Shown: in pieces, positions 1 through 8,341 of the stretch
Layout: each line of letters opens with the position of its first letter
Numbering within the stretch: the stretch's first letter is position 1
Virus record (IMG/VR): IMGVR_UViG_3300020120_000066
Span: 1-46,720 of that record
DNA from: a virus
Lineage: Duplodnaviria > Caudoviricetes
Strand: one strand, 5' to 3'
DNA: 46,720 bases
Made by a program: the position numbers and the translations under genes
The notes under the pieces: model-generated
Database searches by the model: none
The model's input: the letters and a program-made list of their open reading frames with translations, nothing else
Told to the model about the DNA's origin: nothing

Positions 1-127
1 GTCTCCCCGTGCTTCGTTAGCGTCGCAGGCGTCGCAATCGTCACCGATAACCGCGTCGACATCGCTCAATCCTCCTATTGTGTCCAACCGGACGCCGGTC
101 ACGGTCCTGGCCGTTACGGGCATCCAA
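1..127. repeat. 127-bp end overlap, identical to 46594-46720 (circular assembly)
   Basis: gtctccccgtgcttcg...gggcatccaa occurs exactly at both ends; 127 equals a standard assembler k-mer. Confidence 0.95.
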
Positions 128-389
128 GCTCATCGGTGAGCCGCCGCGCAGCCTTTTGTTACCGCAGGCCAATCCGTCCATGTAGGTGCGGACCCACAAA
201 CACCGGCGGCTCGCCGATGAACCAATCAGTCCTCCGTTGCCCAAACCCCCAAATGTTCCAACCGCCCCAATTTTTTCACCCCACACAATTCGTAGGCAAA
301 ATGTGGAGGGGGAATGTAGGAACGAACCGCAAACGACTGGTTTTTCCCCGGGGGGCGGGCGGGGGTGGTCAGCTCGCGGGTCCTTCGCT

Positions 390-866
390 TTACTGCGCTG
401 GTATGTCTAAGCACTTGATCCCGCTCTCGTTCGGCGGCGATTGCACCAGATTGACAATGCGAACCGTCACGCCAGGGGCCGCTGAACCGGCGCTCGCCCG
501 CGCAGCTGCGTCGTCCGGCAACTGTTCAAGGACCTTGATGGCGTTCACGGCTGGCATGTTGTTGGCCGCGTCGCGGATTTCACACAGCCGATGAATGTTG
601 CGCGGCCCCTGAGCCGTCCTGAGTACCTGCACTTGCGCTCTGAGATACGCGGCAACGTGCGGCTTCCCGAGAGCTAAGCGGAGAGCGTGAGTGGTCAATC
701 CTGCTTTGGCTGCGGCGTTTTGATAGTCGTCCGCGTCGTTCACCATATGCTCGATCGCTTGGCGGACGCGCGGCGTGATCGGCTGTGTTCGGCCAGCGTT
801 GCGTGTCCGCGAGAGCGAGCTGTTGTCGCGCGGCCGCGGTTCGGACGTGCTTGGCGTGAGTTCCAT
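390..866 (-). CDS. putative terminase small subunit / HTH DNA-binding protein
   Basis: 158 aa with an HTH-like segment (YQNAAAKAGLTTHALRLALGKPHVAAYL) then helices; on the circle it lies upstream of the minus-strand run leading to terL. Confidence 0.5.
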   Translation of the reverse strand: MELTPSTSEPRPRDNSSLSRTRNAGRTQPITPRVRQAIEHMVNDADDYQNAAAKAGLTTHALRLALGKPHVAAYLRAQVQVLRTAQGPRNIHRLCEIRDAANNMPAVNAIKVLEQLPDDAAARASAGSAAPGVTVRIVNLVQSPPNESGIKCLDIPAQ

Positions 867-881
867 GCGCCGCAGCGTGGA

Positions 882-995
882 TCAGCGCGGGCGCTTACGG
901 CAACGCACGCAAGTTCCGTAGATGGCTGTGTCGAGGATGCTGCCGGTGATGGCGGCCCAGATGGCGATGATGACGACGAACCAGAGGAGGGGCAT
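882..995 (-). CDS. small membrane peptide (37 aa)
   Basis: Read by hand: MPLLWFVVIIAIWAAITGSILDTAIYGTCVRCRKRPR; the start overlaps the upstream stop (TAATG). Confidence 0.45.
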   Translation of the reverse strand: MPLLWFVVIIAIWAAITGSILDTAIYGTCVRCRKRPR

Positions 996-1231
996 TAGCG
1001 TGCCCGTTGGCGGATGGCGGCTTCGCCGAGTTCGCGCAGTTGAGCCTTCGTCATGCGCTGTAGTTCGCCGGCGCGCATGAGGCGGCGCAGACGGCCGTTG
1101 CGTTTGCGGATTTTGGGGTTATCGCGGAACGGCAGCCAAGCTTTGTCGCTGGTGCTGAACGTTGAGCCAGTGCCGCGGAGGTGCTGCATCGCGGGAGGGT
1201 CGGCGAGGCTGGCAGATGTGGCAACGCACAA
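995..1231 (-). CDS. hypothetical basic protein
   Basis: ORF track; coupled to the downstream ORF; start uncertain. Confidence 0.4.
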   Translation of the reverse strand: MCVATSASLADPPAMQHLRGTGSTFSTSDKAWLPFRDNPKIRKRNGRLRRLMRAGELQRMTKAQLRELGEAAIRQRAR

Positions 1232-1412
1232 GGGGGGAGGCCGCGCGCGAGGCGGCAGCGTGTGGCTCGCGCCATTCCACTCAGCCGTGGCTTTTTGATG
1301 GCGTGCCGCACTTGTTCAATGAAAGCGCCATGTATAACGCGGAGCGCTATTCGTTTCGGATATAGCGGGAAACGTTATTTGGCGACGAACACAAGCAACA
1401 GGAGTTGTTCAA

Positions 1413-1610
1413 ATGATTGAGCCGACCAAAAACGACATCGGCCGCAAGGTACTCCGTATCGACAGAGGCCGCAAAACCATCGAAGAGGGCGTTCTTGTAG
1501 CGTTCATTTCTAGCTACGCCTTCATTCGCTACGGAAGCGAAGTCGGATCAAAAGCGTCGCACTTTTGCGATGTCGAATGGGCCACCGACAACGCCACCGA
1601 CAACGCCTGA
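1413..1610 (+). CDS. hypothetical protein (65 aa, small beta-barrel-like)
   Basis: ATG with AGGAG RBS upstream; oriented against the flanking genes. Confidence 0.65.
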   Translation: MIEPTKNDIGRKVLRIDRGRKTIEEGVLVAFISSYAFIRYGSEVGSKASHFCDVEWATDNATDNA

Positions 1611-1695
1611 AAATCAGTGGGGCAGGGATTGCCGTCCCTGCCCCTATCATTGCGGCCCCTAGCAAGCCCGCGAGGGCGCCGCTGGAGCACACACA

Positions 1696-1875
1696 ATGAC
1701 AACCGAAGCCTACCTCAGAGCACTAAAGCGACTCAAGCTGTTGCCGCAATCCCAAGCGACTGCCGCAGCCCTTGGCGTCTCGGTTCGGCAACTGACCCGC
1801 TATGCGGCCGGCGACAACATACCGAAAACCTTGGAAAAATTACTGCGGTGCTATTTGCGCTGCGGCTTGACATAA
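1696..1875 (+). CDS. small HTH DNA-binding protein (59 aa)
   Basis: Read by hand, below the ORF-track cutoff: MTTEAYLRALKRLKLLPQSQATAAALGVSVRQLTRYAAGDNIPKTLEKLLRCYLRCGLT; GGAG RBS at 1684; AAALGVSVRQLTRY is an HTH motif. Confidence 0.7.
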   Translation: MTTEAYLRALKRLKLLPQSQATAAALGVSVRQLTRYAAGDNIPKTLEKLLRCYLRCGLT

Positions 1876-1911
1876 ACGCGCGGACTGTTCAATTTTGAAC
1901 ACATGCCCGTT

Positions 1912-2565
1912 CTAAGCTTTCGGCCTTGGAGGGTGCTTCGATGCTGGCCGCCGACGACTACCGGAAGTTTGCGCAACAGTGTCTTGAGTGGTCCCTTGAA
2001 GCTGAGACTGCGGAAATGCAGGAGGCTTTTTTGAGCCTCGCGCGAGATTGGATTTTGGCTGCAAGCCTGTCACGCGACCGGGTGCCAAGTGAACCGGCGC
2101 AACAGCCGCCTTGACATCATTCCAGCGGATTAATGCAGCCTTGCGCGCTATCTTTTTTGCATATGCTTTGGTGACGAACTTTCTGCTATTTTCGCCGCCT
2201 TTGCGCTGATTTTGCCTCATCAGATTACGCGACAGGAGGATATGCACAGTGCCAGCGCGCACGACCTTATTGTCACGCTGATCGTAGCGTGTTTTCAGCC
2301 GTTCCAGCATTTCCAGATCGTCAACCAGGATTGCCTTGACGCCCAATCCTGCCATCGCCCAGCCCATCGACTGCATGGTGATCTTGCGCTCTGATTTCGG
2401 GGCAAAGACTTTGCTGAAATAGCCGGTTGGCGCGCCTACAATCTCGTCTAGTTTTTCAAACGAAATGTTGCGCATTTCGCGGATCGACCGCAGTGCCGCG
2501 AGCAAGCCGGAATAATCGGAAAACTCCGCAATCACGCGGTTTTCCGGGGTGTTATTCAATCGCAA
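1912..2565 (-). CDS. hypothetical protein with N-terminal XRE-like HTH, possible late regulator
   Basis: LRSIREMRNISFEKLDEIVGAPTGYFSKVF is HTH-like; lies at the end of the early/middle operon. Confidence 0.55.
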   Translation of the reverse strand: MRLNNTPENRVIAEFSDYSGLLAALRSIREMRNISFEKLDEIVGAPTGYFSKVFAPKSERKITMQSMGWAMAGLGVKAILVDDLEMLERLKTRYDQRDNKVVRAGTVHILLSRNLMRQNQRKGGENSRKFVTKAYAKKIARKAALIRWNDVKAAVAPVHLAPGRVTGLQPKSNLARGSKKPPAFPQSQLQGTTQDTVAQTSGSRRRPASKHPPRPKA

Positions 2566-2708
2566 CTCGTTCCGCGCTGCACATCGACAATCCAGTAATT
2601 TCCGGCCTTGTAGACGTTAACGATGGTATATGGGTATTCACGGAGGATGGCGCGGGCTTTGATTTGGGCATCCTGTTCCGTTGTAAACCGCAGGGAATAA
2701 CGGGTCAT
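2556..2708 (-). CDS. hypothetical protein (50 aa, MTRYSLRF...)
   Basis: ATGA overlap with the upstream gene at 2705-2708. Confidence 0.55.
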   Translation of the reverse strand: MTRYSLRFTTEQDAQIKARAILREYPYTIVNVYKAGNYWIVDVQRGTSCD

Positions 2709-3202
2709 GCGGCCTGCTCCTCGTCCTGCTGCTTGCGCAAAAGCCCGCGCATGAGATCCTGTAGCCGTTTGAGCATGCCTCGTTGGTGCTGCTCGGTGAA
2801 TTGCCGCGCCTCCGCTTTGGTGGCCATGTCCATCGTGCCCCATTTCACCATGCCGCGGTGGAAGGCAACCCGCTTGTCACACCAGGCCGTGATATCGGCA
2901 CCGGACGGGGCAAAGCGATTTGAGCCCGCCAAGCCGCACGCTGGATCGACACACTCCTCGACCACACCAAGAGGATATTTTGCGAGGATAATCGCCAGCG
3001 TTTTGATCCACTCCTGCGGATCAGCCGGGCTTGCGGACGGCCACTGTCCGGCCAGTTGCCGCGCCGCCCTCAGCGCGATCTGGGGTGATGTCGACCATGC
3101 TATCGCTTTCGCCGAAGCCGCCGCCTGCATCGAGATCGAAAGCTCGGTCGAGGGCTTCCAAGGTGTCAGCGAGTTTTTGCTTTGGGTGTCGATTTGCGGC
3201 AT
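2705..3202 (-). CDS. hypothetical protein, possible helicase loader/replication accessory
   Basis: Directly follows the replication initiator (lambda P position); start uncertain. Confidence 0.55.
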   Translation of the reverse strand: MPQIDTQSKNSLTPWKPSTELSISMQAAASAKAIAWSTSPQIALRAARQLAGQWPSASPADPQEWIKTLAIILAKYPLGVVEECVDPACGLAGSNRFAPSGADITAWCDKRVAFHRGMVKWGTMDMATKAEARQFTEQHQRGMLKRLQDLMRGLLRKQQDEEQAA

Positions 3203-3779
3203 TCGCGGCTCCGTTTAGCTGGTAAGGCGATGTCACCCAGTTGCACCATGCGCGGTGCCAATCAGCGCATTTGCGGTTGTTGGCGAGTGCGTGATTTTTG
3301 AACCGCTCAAACTCGCTGGCGATCTTGGCGTCGTCAAAACCCTTCGAGCGGGCATAGTCGCGATCAGCGTCACTAGTGACGGTTTCGATCGAAATCGACC
3401 TATATATCTTTCTTTCTTTCTTAATCTTCTTACTCTGAGAAGAAGAAGAAGAAGAAGAAAGATTATATTCCGGCGAATTGTGGCCGTCACGCGTGACGTA
3501 ACGCGGGTCAAATACAAGCGTTTGAGATGGCTTTGTTTTTTGCTTTGTTGCGTCACCCGTTACGTCACGCATGGCGTCACGGGTGACGGGCGTAACGCGT
3601 GACGTAACGGGTGACGCTTCGCGTGACGTAACGCGTGACGCTTTTTGGCGCTCTCTGTATCTGCGTTGACGGATCGCGCCGGCCGTCCGAGCGGACTCAT
3701 AGCGTTCGACAGCGGCAATCAAAGCGTCACCCGTGACGCCTGCTGCTATGAGTTCGCGGAGGACTGGGATGATGCTCAT
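3021..3779 (-). CDS. phage replication initiator (O-like; C-terminal DnaT-like domain)
   Basis: N-terminal helix (RTAGAIRQRRYRERQK), repeat-rich linker, C-terminal FERFKNHALA...DWHRAWCNW motif. Confidence 0.7.
   Translation of the reverse strand: MSIIPVLRELIAAGVTGDALIAAVERYESARTAGAIRQRRYRERQKASRVTSREASPVTSRVTPVTRDAMRDVTGDATKQKTKPSQTLVFDPRYVTRDGHNSPEYNLSSSSSSSQSKKIKKERKIYRSISIETVTSDADRDYARSKGFDDAKIASEFERFKNHALANNRKCADWHRAWCNWVTSPYQLNGAANAANRHPKQKLADTLEALDRAFDLDAGGGFGESDSMVDITPDRAEGGAATGRTVAVRKPG
3400..3640. repeat. putative replication origin: GTGACG/CGTCAC/GTAACG iterons plus AT-rich (GAA)7 tract inside the initiator gene
   Basis: Dense CGTGACG/CGTAACG/CGTCACG motifs at 3484-3640 next to an AT-rich stretch (3400-3470) with GAA x7 at 3439-3459; lambda-like ori position. 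Confidence 0.65.
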
Positions 3780-4288
3780 GCGGATTGCCCCGCAATCGGG
3801 CTAGGGAGCCCGCTGGTGAGTTTTTCTTGTGGGCCGCGGTAATGTGCCATCCTCTCGTGGTAGGCGCAGTACGGGCGTCTCCGCACCGGCTGTGAGCCAC
3901 AGAAAACCGTGTCGGCCCCCGTACCGCGAACCGGCCAGCGGCACGTCCTGGCAGTCAGCTCCAGCAGGCTGCAATTGCGCGTCGCCGGCGGCTCCTCAAG
4001 GCACACGGGCGGCATAGCGGCCGGGATTTCCACTAGCACCTGCCCGCGGCCCCATCGCCGCACGGCAATCTTAAGCTCGTCGACCGGGCGATCGGCCCGC
4101 GGCTTGGGCTTCGCTCGGACACTCGCCCGCCGCCCTTCAAGGCCTAGGCGGTGCACCTTGCCGATAATCGAATTGCGCGTGAAGTTGCCGAGCAGGGCCG
4201 CGATTACGCCGCCGGAATGGCCTTCAGCCCATAGGGTTTTCAGCCGCTCGGTCTTTTCCTCGGACCATCTCAGGCGCCTATCATCCAT
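3776..4288 (-). CDS. gcrA: GcrA-family cell-cycle transcription regulator
   Basis: N-terminal WSEEKTERLKTLWAEGHSGGVIAALLGNFTRNSIIGKVHRLGL; C-terminal LLELTARTCRWPV...FCG...PYCAYH. Confidence 0.9.
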   Translation of the reverse strand: MDDRRLRWSEEKTERLKTLWAEGHSGGVIAALLGNFTRNSIIGKVHRLGLEGRRASVRAKPKPRADRPVDELKIAVRRWGRGQVLVEIPAAMPPVCLEEPPATRNCSLLELTARTCRWPVRGTGADTVFCGSQPVRRRPYCAYHERMAHYRGPQEKLTSGLPSPIAGQSA

Positions 4289-4306
4289 CGTGCAGGCTCC
4301 TCAGTA

Positions 4307-5158
4307 TCATTCGGCGGCCTCTGCCGCTGCTTCATTGCCCCAAGCATCCCAACCGCTCCGAGCTGGGCCGCGTCGATTGAGTTCGATTTTTGGAAGCGTG
4401 GGGAAGTAGTTCTCAATCAGTTCGAGAAACTGCGCTGGCTTGGCCGAATGTTCTTTGCGAGCAATGGTCATCACTGATGCAAACTGGTCACCCATCGCGG
4501 GTGCCGGAATGTCGCCCTTAGTGCCGACCAATAGCAGCTCATGCCGATTGCGGAACCAATAGCCGGTTCCGATGTGAATTTTGTCCCAAACCGCATGTGA
4601 TTTGTATTTGAAACCCCACGCTTTCAGGACAGCCATGGCGTCGTCAAGCATCGGCACCGTTGCCCAAAGAAACAAGACGCAATCGTCTGCGGCAATGCTC
4701 GCTACATCGCGAGATGCGATCGCATTCGTGATGCTGGTCGGATAGTGATTATCGGCTGAGCGATCCATGCCGCTCTCGCGGCTGTAGGGCTCAAACCGCC
4801 ATTCCGGGTCAGCGAGAATGACGCCATACCGCTTGTTCGGGAGCGCAGTTTGCTTAGCTGCGAGTTCGTTCTCGCGCGCAGCGCGGCGCTCGGCTTTGGT
4901 GGCCCGCTTTGGGTCACTTCCTGGCCCATTGTGGGCCACGTCGCGTTGAAGTGTCGTGCGTTTTACCCCCAAGATTTTCGCCGCTTGGCGTTGGCTGACG
5001 CCCGCCTCAATCAATTTGGCGGCCTGATCGCGCCGCGCCGCCACAGTCAATCGCAATTGATCGGCGCTCGTGTGTCCGCCCTCGATTCCCCAATCAACGA
5101 GGTCTCGAATGTTGACAAGTAGTCCCCCGGCGATCTTCGTGAATTTCTGGTCGCTCAT
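4307..5158 (-). CDS. MT-A70-family N6-adenine methyltransferase with N-terminal HTH
   Basis: YGVILADPEW, CVLFLWAT, WGFKYKS, GTGYWFRNRHELLLVG, HSAKP, IELNRR...GWDAWGNE. Confidence 0.88.
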   Translation of the reverse strand: MSDQKFTKIAGGLLVNIRDLVDWGIEGGHTSADQLRLTVAARRDQAAKLIEAGVSQRQAAKILGVKRTTLQRDVAHNGPGSDPKRATKAERRAARENELAAKQTALPNKRYGVILADPEWRFEPYSRESGMDRSADNHYPTSITNAIASRDVASIAADDCVLFLWATVPMLDDAMAVLKAWGFKYKSHAVWDKIHIGTGYWFRNRHELLLVGTKGDIPAPAMGDQFASVMTIARKEHSAKPAQFLELIENYFPTLPKIELNRRGPARSGWDAWGNEAAAEAAE

Positions 5159-5553
5159 TTCAAAATTTCCCTCAGTGGAATGAGCACGTTGCAGAACCGC
5201 CCGCCGTCGCCGCCGCCCTCGTGGTAGCGGCCCTGCGCGTAGGCTTGCCGTGCAAGCTCTTTTAGGCGCTCAATGGGGAACATGAGGTAACAGAGTGTAT
5301 GGCCATCGCGGCGCAGCTCATGCACCCAATAGTCCGCCTCGGTCGTCGCGATGCCGGAGGGTTTGCCATTCTGGCGATATTCGATGCAAATATTGCCGGT
5401 CTGCTCCCACTGCCAAGTCTCACTTTTCAACTCAATCTTCTCGATCTTTGCCGCCGTAAAAATATCAGCGAGGCGGCGCTCGTTGGTTAGTGCTTCGGCG
5501 AGTTGCAGATCAAATTTTTGATCACGGTTGAAACGAATACCATTGTTGCTCAC
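5155..5553 (-). CDS. putative PD-(D/E)XK-type nuclease-fold phage protein
   Basis: IELKSE...TGNICIEY...KPSGIATTEADYWVH; likely GTG start at 5553 (GTGA overlap with the rusA stop). Confidence 0.6.
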   Translation of the reverse strand: MSNNGIRFNRDQKFDLQLAEALTNERRLADIFTAAKIEKIELKSETWQWEQTGNICIEYRQNGKPSGIATTEADYWVHELRRDGHTLCYLMFPIERLKELARQAYAQGRYHEGGGDGGRFCNVLIPLREILK

Positions 5554-5963
5554 TGCGCTACTCCATCGTGCAGGCTCCGCAGTGTTACCCGGCACTCCAT
5601 TTCCTGTTCCCGCCACTCCGCGGTCAGCCGCCGGCAATGCTTGTCGTCGGCGACAATCGAGCGGCTTTGCAGATAGTCCAAAACGGCCTTCAACCGATTG
5701 TCCAAATCCATGCCCGCGCGGCCGGGCTTGAAGGCAAAATGCACTTCAAACGGCCCGTTGATTTTGCGCTTTGGATATTGTTTCGAGGCCATGATCTGCA
5801 TGTCGGCCGCCTCGCACCACTCGATGTATTCTTTCGAGCGGTAGACGCGGTGGCCACGCACGCGCCAGATGCGGTTGGTCGACGGCGGGAACGGAAGATC
5901 GACGACGATCTCCACCGAATCCGCAGGCAGAGCGAACGGCCGATCGGCCGTGCTTGTCGGCAT
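5550..5963 (-). CDS. rusA: RusA-family Holliday junction resolvase
   Basis: LPFPPSTNRIWR and DLDNRLKAVLDYL...IVADDK catalytic Asp motifs. Confidence 0.9.
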   Translation of the reverse strand: MPTSTADRPFALPADSVEIVVDLPFPPSTNRIWRVRGHRVYRSKEYIEWCEAADMQIMASKQYPKRKINGPFEVHFAFKPGRAGMDLDNRLKAVLDYLQSRSIVADDKHCRRLTAEWREQEMECRVTLRSLHDGVAQ

Positions 5964-5995
5964 TTTCTTGGTCCCTCACGAACGGGAAGCGGACG

Positions 5996-6265
5996 CTACG
6001 CGAACATTTCCTGGATCACGGCCAGGACGACTTTGACCGGCGGCTCAAACTCGCCGCTTAACCAGCGCTTAGCTGTTCGCTCATCGCGGCCAGCGATCGC
6101 GGCCAGATGCGCCGCAGTTTTGTGCGGCCACAAAAGCCTACAGACGCTTGCGAATTTTGGTGGAGGGACAATTTTGTCCCTGCCCGGCACAAACTGTCCC
6201 TGCAATTCGGTGGCAACCGCGACCGGGTTGCCGAACACTGCACGCATGACGCAACCCCCACACAC
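5996..6265 (-). CDS. hypothetical CII-like regulator
   Basis: Downstream of cro; HTH-like LAAIAGRDERTAKRWLSGE. Confidence 0.55.
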   Translation of the reverse strand: MCGGCVMRAVFGNPVAVATELQGQFVPGRDKIVPPPKFASVCRLLWPHKTAAHLAAIAGRDERTAKRWLSGEFEPPVKVVLAVIQEMFA

Positions 6266-6362
6266 GCACCGAACTCTCGTGGCCGCGAGACGCGGGCCGG
6301 TGCTGACCCATCCCCCGACACCCCACAGTGCCGGCCCGCACCACTACTGGACTTGAAGGAGA

Positions 6363-6602
6363 TCATTTTGCCGCTACCGCAGACTGGTTAGGCGGCGCTT
6401 CAAAGAACCAGCGGTCATCCCATTCGATGCCGCGCCCCTGAATTGCGTTACGAATACGGGCGAGCTGATACCGATCAGGCTCAAGCTCACCCGCTTCCCA
6501 CTTGGAAACAGTGCCCTGAGATACTTTGGCAATCCGCGCCAGCTTGGCCTGCGATAGGCCAAGGAAGTTCTTTCGGACTCGAAGCATAGGTGTCATGAGC
6601 AC
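6363..6602 (-). CDS. Cro-like XRE HTH regulator (likely start ATG 6596)
   Basis: LSQAKLARIAKVSQGTVSKWEAG; divergent from the CI-like gene. Confidence 0.85.
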   Translation of the reverse strand: MLMTPMLRVRKNFLGLSQAKLARIAKVSQGTVSKWEAGELEPDRYQLARIRNAIQGRGIEWDDRWFFEAPPNQSAVAAK

Positions 6603-6603
6603 C

Positions 6604-6655
6604 TTAATATTCGAAAACGAATTTATTCGTCAAGGCATTTTATTCGGCAACGAAA
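6604..6655. promoter_or_regulatory. OR-like operators and PR-like promoter
   Basis: Palindrome ATTCG-AAAA-CGAAT at 6609-6622, variants at 6625-6638 and 6642-6655; TTGACG on the minus strand (6633-6628) points into cro. Confidence 0.7.
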
Positions 6656-6690
6656 TCGCACCCGGAATAAGCTTTGGCCAGGGCTGGGCC

Positions 6691-7293
6691 ATGGACGTTC
6701 CAAAAATCTTAGCCGAATACCTTCGCGTGGGTGGCTACACGCAGACGGTTGCCGCCCGGCAGGTAGGCACTACCCAGGGCACGTTTTCGAAGTGGCTGGC
6801 AGGCACACAATCGCCAAACAAGCGGCAGTGGGACAGAGTGGTCCGGGCTATTGAAAAAGACCCGAAATCCGTGGGTATCTTGCCGGAGATTATGGCGCCG
6901 GGTGTTCAACAGATTCCGCTCATTTCGTGGGTAAGCGCCGGCGGCTTGATAGACGCAAACAGTCAAGTGCCCGAGGTCGACTCCCCGAAGATGATCTTTT
7001 CTGGGCTTGGCGACGGAGAGTTCTTTGCCCTCGAAGTAAAGGGCGATTCTATGGATCGCTTTTCTCCTGACGGCTCCGTAATTGTGGTGGATCGACGCGA
7101 GCGGGACTTAAACGAAGGGAAGCCATACATTTTCTGGCACCGTGTAGAAGGCACGACTTTCAAGCTTTGGCAGTCTGATCCCGATCGCCTTGTGCCCCAT
7201 TCGTGGAACGCGGCAAATAAGCCAATCTTCATAAAGAGGAAGCGGGACTTTGCTGTAATCGGACGGGTTCGACGGACGGTGTTGGACCTATGA
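6691..7293 (+). CDS. CI-like repressor (XRE HTH plus S24 autopeptidase)
   Basis: HTH TQTVAARQVGTTQGTFSKWLAG; VSAG cleavage site, VKGDSM (Ser) and TFK (Lys); start at MDVPK. Confidence 0.9.
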   Translation: MDVPKILAEYLRVGGYTQTVAARQVGTTQGTFSKWLAGTQSPNKRQWDRVVRAIEKDPKSVGILPEIMAPGVQQIPLISWVSAGGLIDANSQVPEVDSPKMIFSGLGDGEFFALEVKGDSMDRFSPDGSVIVVDRRERDLNEGKPYIFWHRVEGTTFKLWQSDPDRLVPHSWNAANKPIFIKRKRDFAVIGRVRRTVLDL

Positions 7294-7673
7294 ACATCAT
7301 TCAGATTGCTCTCGACTACCACGGATTTTTGGGCGGTACTGTGCTTATCCTCTGTCTCACCATACTGCCCGTTTTGGCTATATTCAAAAGGACTAGGCTT
7401 GCGGCCGTGATAGGCTATTATATTTCGTCGGTTATATTTGGTCTCGGAGTGTGGTTAATTTCCGTTTCGGTCGTTTATAGTTATTGGGGTGGCTGGGCAG
7501 TAATAGTCGGCGTGTTCATATTGGGAATTGGAGTTTTTCCAATGGCCCTTGTGATAATATTTTGGTACGGCCTGTGGGATTTTTTGCTGCCCTTGGCGAG
7601 CTGGGGAGTGCTTGTCTTCGCTTGCCAGATTGTAGTTGGTTGGCTCCTAAGCGCCGGGCAAAAATATTCGTGA
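7290..7673 (+). CDS. AT-rich multi-TM membrane protein coupled to cI (possible exclusion/defence)
   Basis: About 4 hydrophobic segments; ATGA overlap with cI; visibly lower GC. Confidence 0.7.
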   Translation: MNIIQIALDYHGFLGGTVLILCLTILPVLAIFKRTRLAAVIGYYISSVIFGLGVWLISVSVVYSYWGGWAVIVGVFILGIGVFPMALVIIFWYGLWDFLLPLASWGVLVFACQIVVGWLLSAGQKYS

Positions 7674-7716
7674 ACGAATTTTCCGCTTGACCGCCGTATT
7701 CGTTTTGGAATATAGA
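7661..7716 (+). promoter_or_regulatory. OL-like operators and PL-like promoter
   Basis: ATTCG-TGAA-CGAAT (7666-7679) and ATTCG-TTTT-GGAAT (7698-7711) match the OR palindrome; TTGACC (7687) and TATAGA (7711) precede ATG 7725. Confidence 0.75.
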
Positions 7717-7724
7717 GCCATCCC

Positions 7725-8177
7725 ATGTCGGATGGCATTCACAGACACACGGAAAGCGTCGCCGCCTACTTCGCGAAGTTTGACGCGAAGCTAGAGGCGC
7801 TGGACACCGACAGCCAAGTCGAATTGCTAAAGGCCGAAATCGAGCGCTGGCACGAGCGGTATGCTACATACAGAAACGACCACGAATTAGAGAACAAGAC
7901 CTGGTTTTATATCGAAGTCGTTTTCCAGCTTGAGGAGCGGCTAAACAGCCTGCTCGAACCCGATCTCGAACGGGAAGTCATGGCCGGGCTCTCGGTAGTC
8001 TGGCGCACGCCGCAGCAAATCCAGTTTCACGTTCAGCGCGCGGACTACCAAGTCCGCAAGATGCTTCGGCGCTTGGTCAACCGCGGCACGGTCGAGCGCG
8101 AGGCCGAAGATGGCCGCAGCTATCGCTATCGTCTTGCGCGGAGGAGGGACCAATGGCTCGCCGGCCAAGCGTCGTGA
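7725..8177 (+). CDS. hypothetical protein with C-terminal winged-helix-like region
   Basis: First gene after PL; TPQQIQFHVQRADYQVRKMLRRLVNRGTVER. Confidence 0.65.
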   Translation: MSDGIHRHTESVAAYFAKFDAKLEALDTDSQVELLKAEIERWHERYATYRNDHELENKTWFYIEVVFQLEERLNSLLEPDLEREVMAGLSVVWRTPQQIQFHVQRADYQVRKMLRRLVNRGTVEREAEDGRSYRYRLARRRDQWLAGQAS

Positions 8178-8341
8178 TTATTCTTGAGCCCGCTCAATTC
8201 GAAGCGCTGACAAGGCAAGTCAGCGACAACATCCGATTTTATACGAAAAGCAGCGACATAGACCAGGTCGTGAAATGGGTGCGGGTGCTCGCACGTTTCC
8301 AAACAGTATGGAAGGCATATCACGAGGTACAGCAACAATGA
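8174..8341 (+). CDS. hypothetical protein (55 aa)
   Basis: GTGA and ATGA overlaps at its two ends. Confidence 0.55.
   Translation: MIILEPAQFEALTRQVSDNIRFYTKSSDIDQVVKWVRVLARFQTVWKAYHEVQQQ

Noticed and set aside
1-127. Biological direct terminal repeat
   Set aside because: The length equals a standard k-mer (127) and the repeat cuts through a gene, so it is most simply a circular-assembly overlap.
5553-5637. Extended N-termini in the ORF track (5637; also 6526, 9095, 13181, 17137, 34336)
   Set aside because: Downstream starts with an RBS or ATGA/GTGA coupling fit better.
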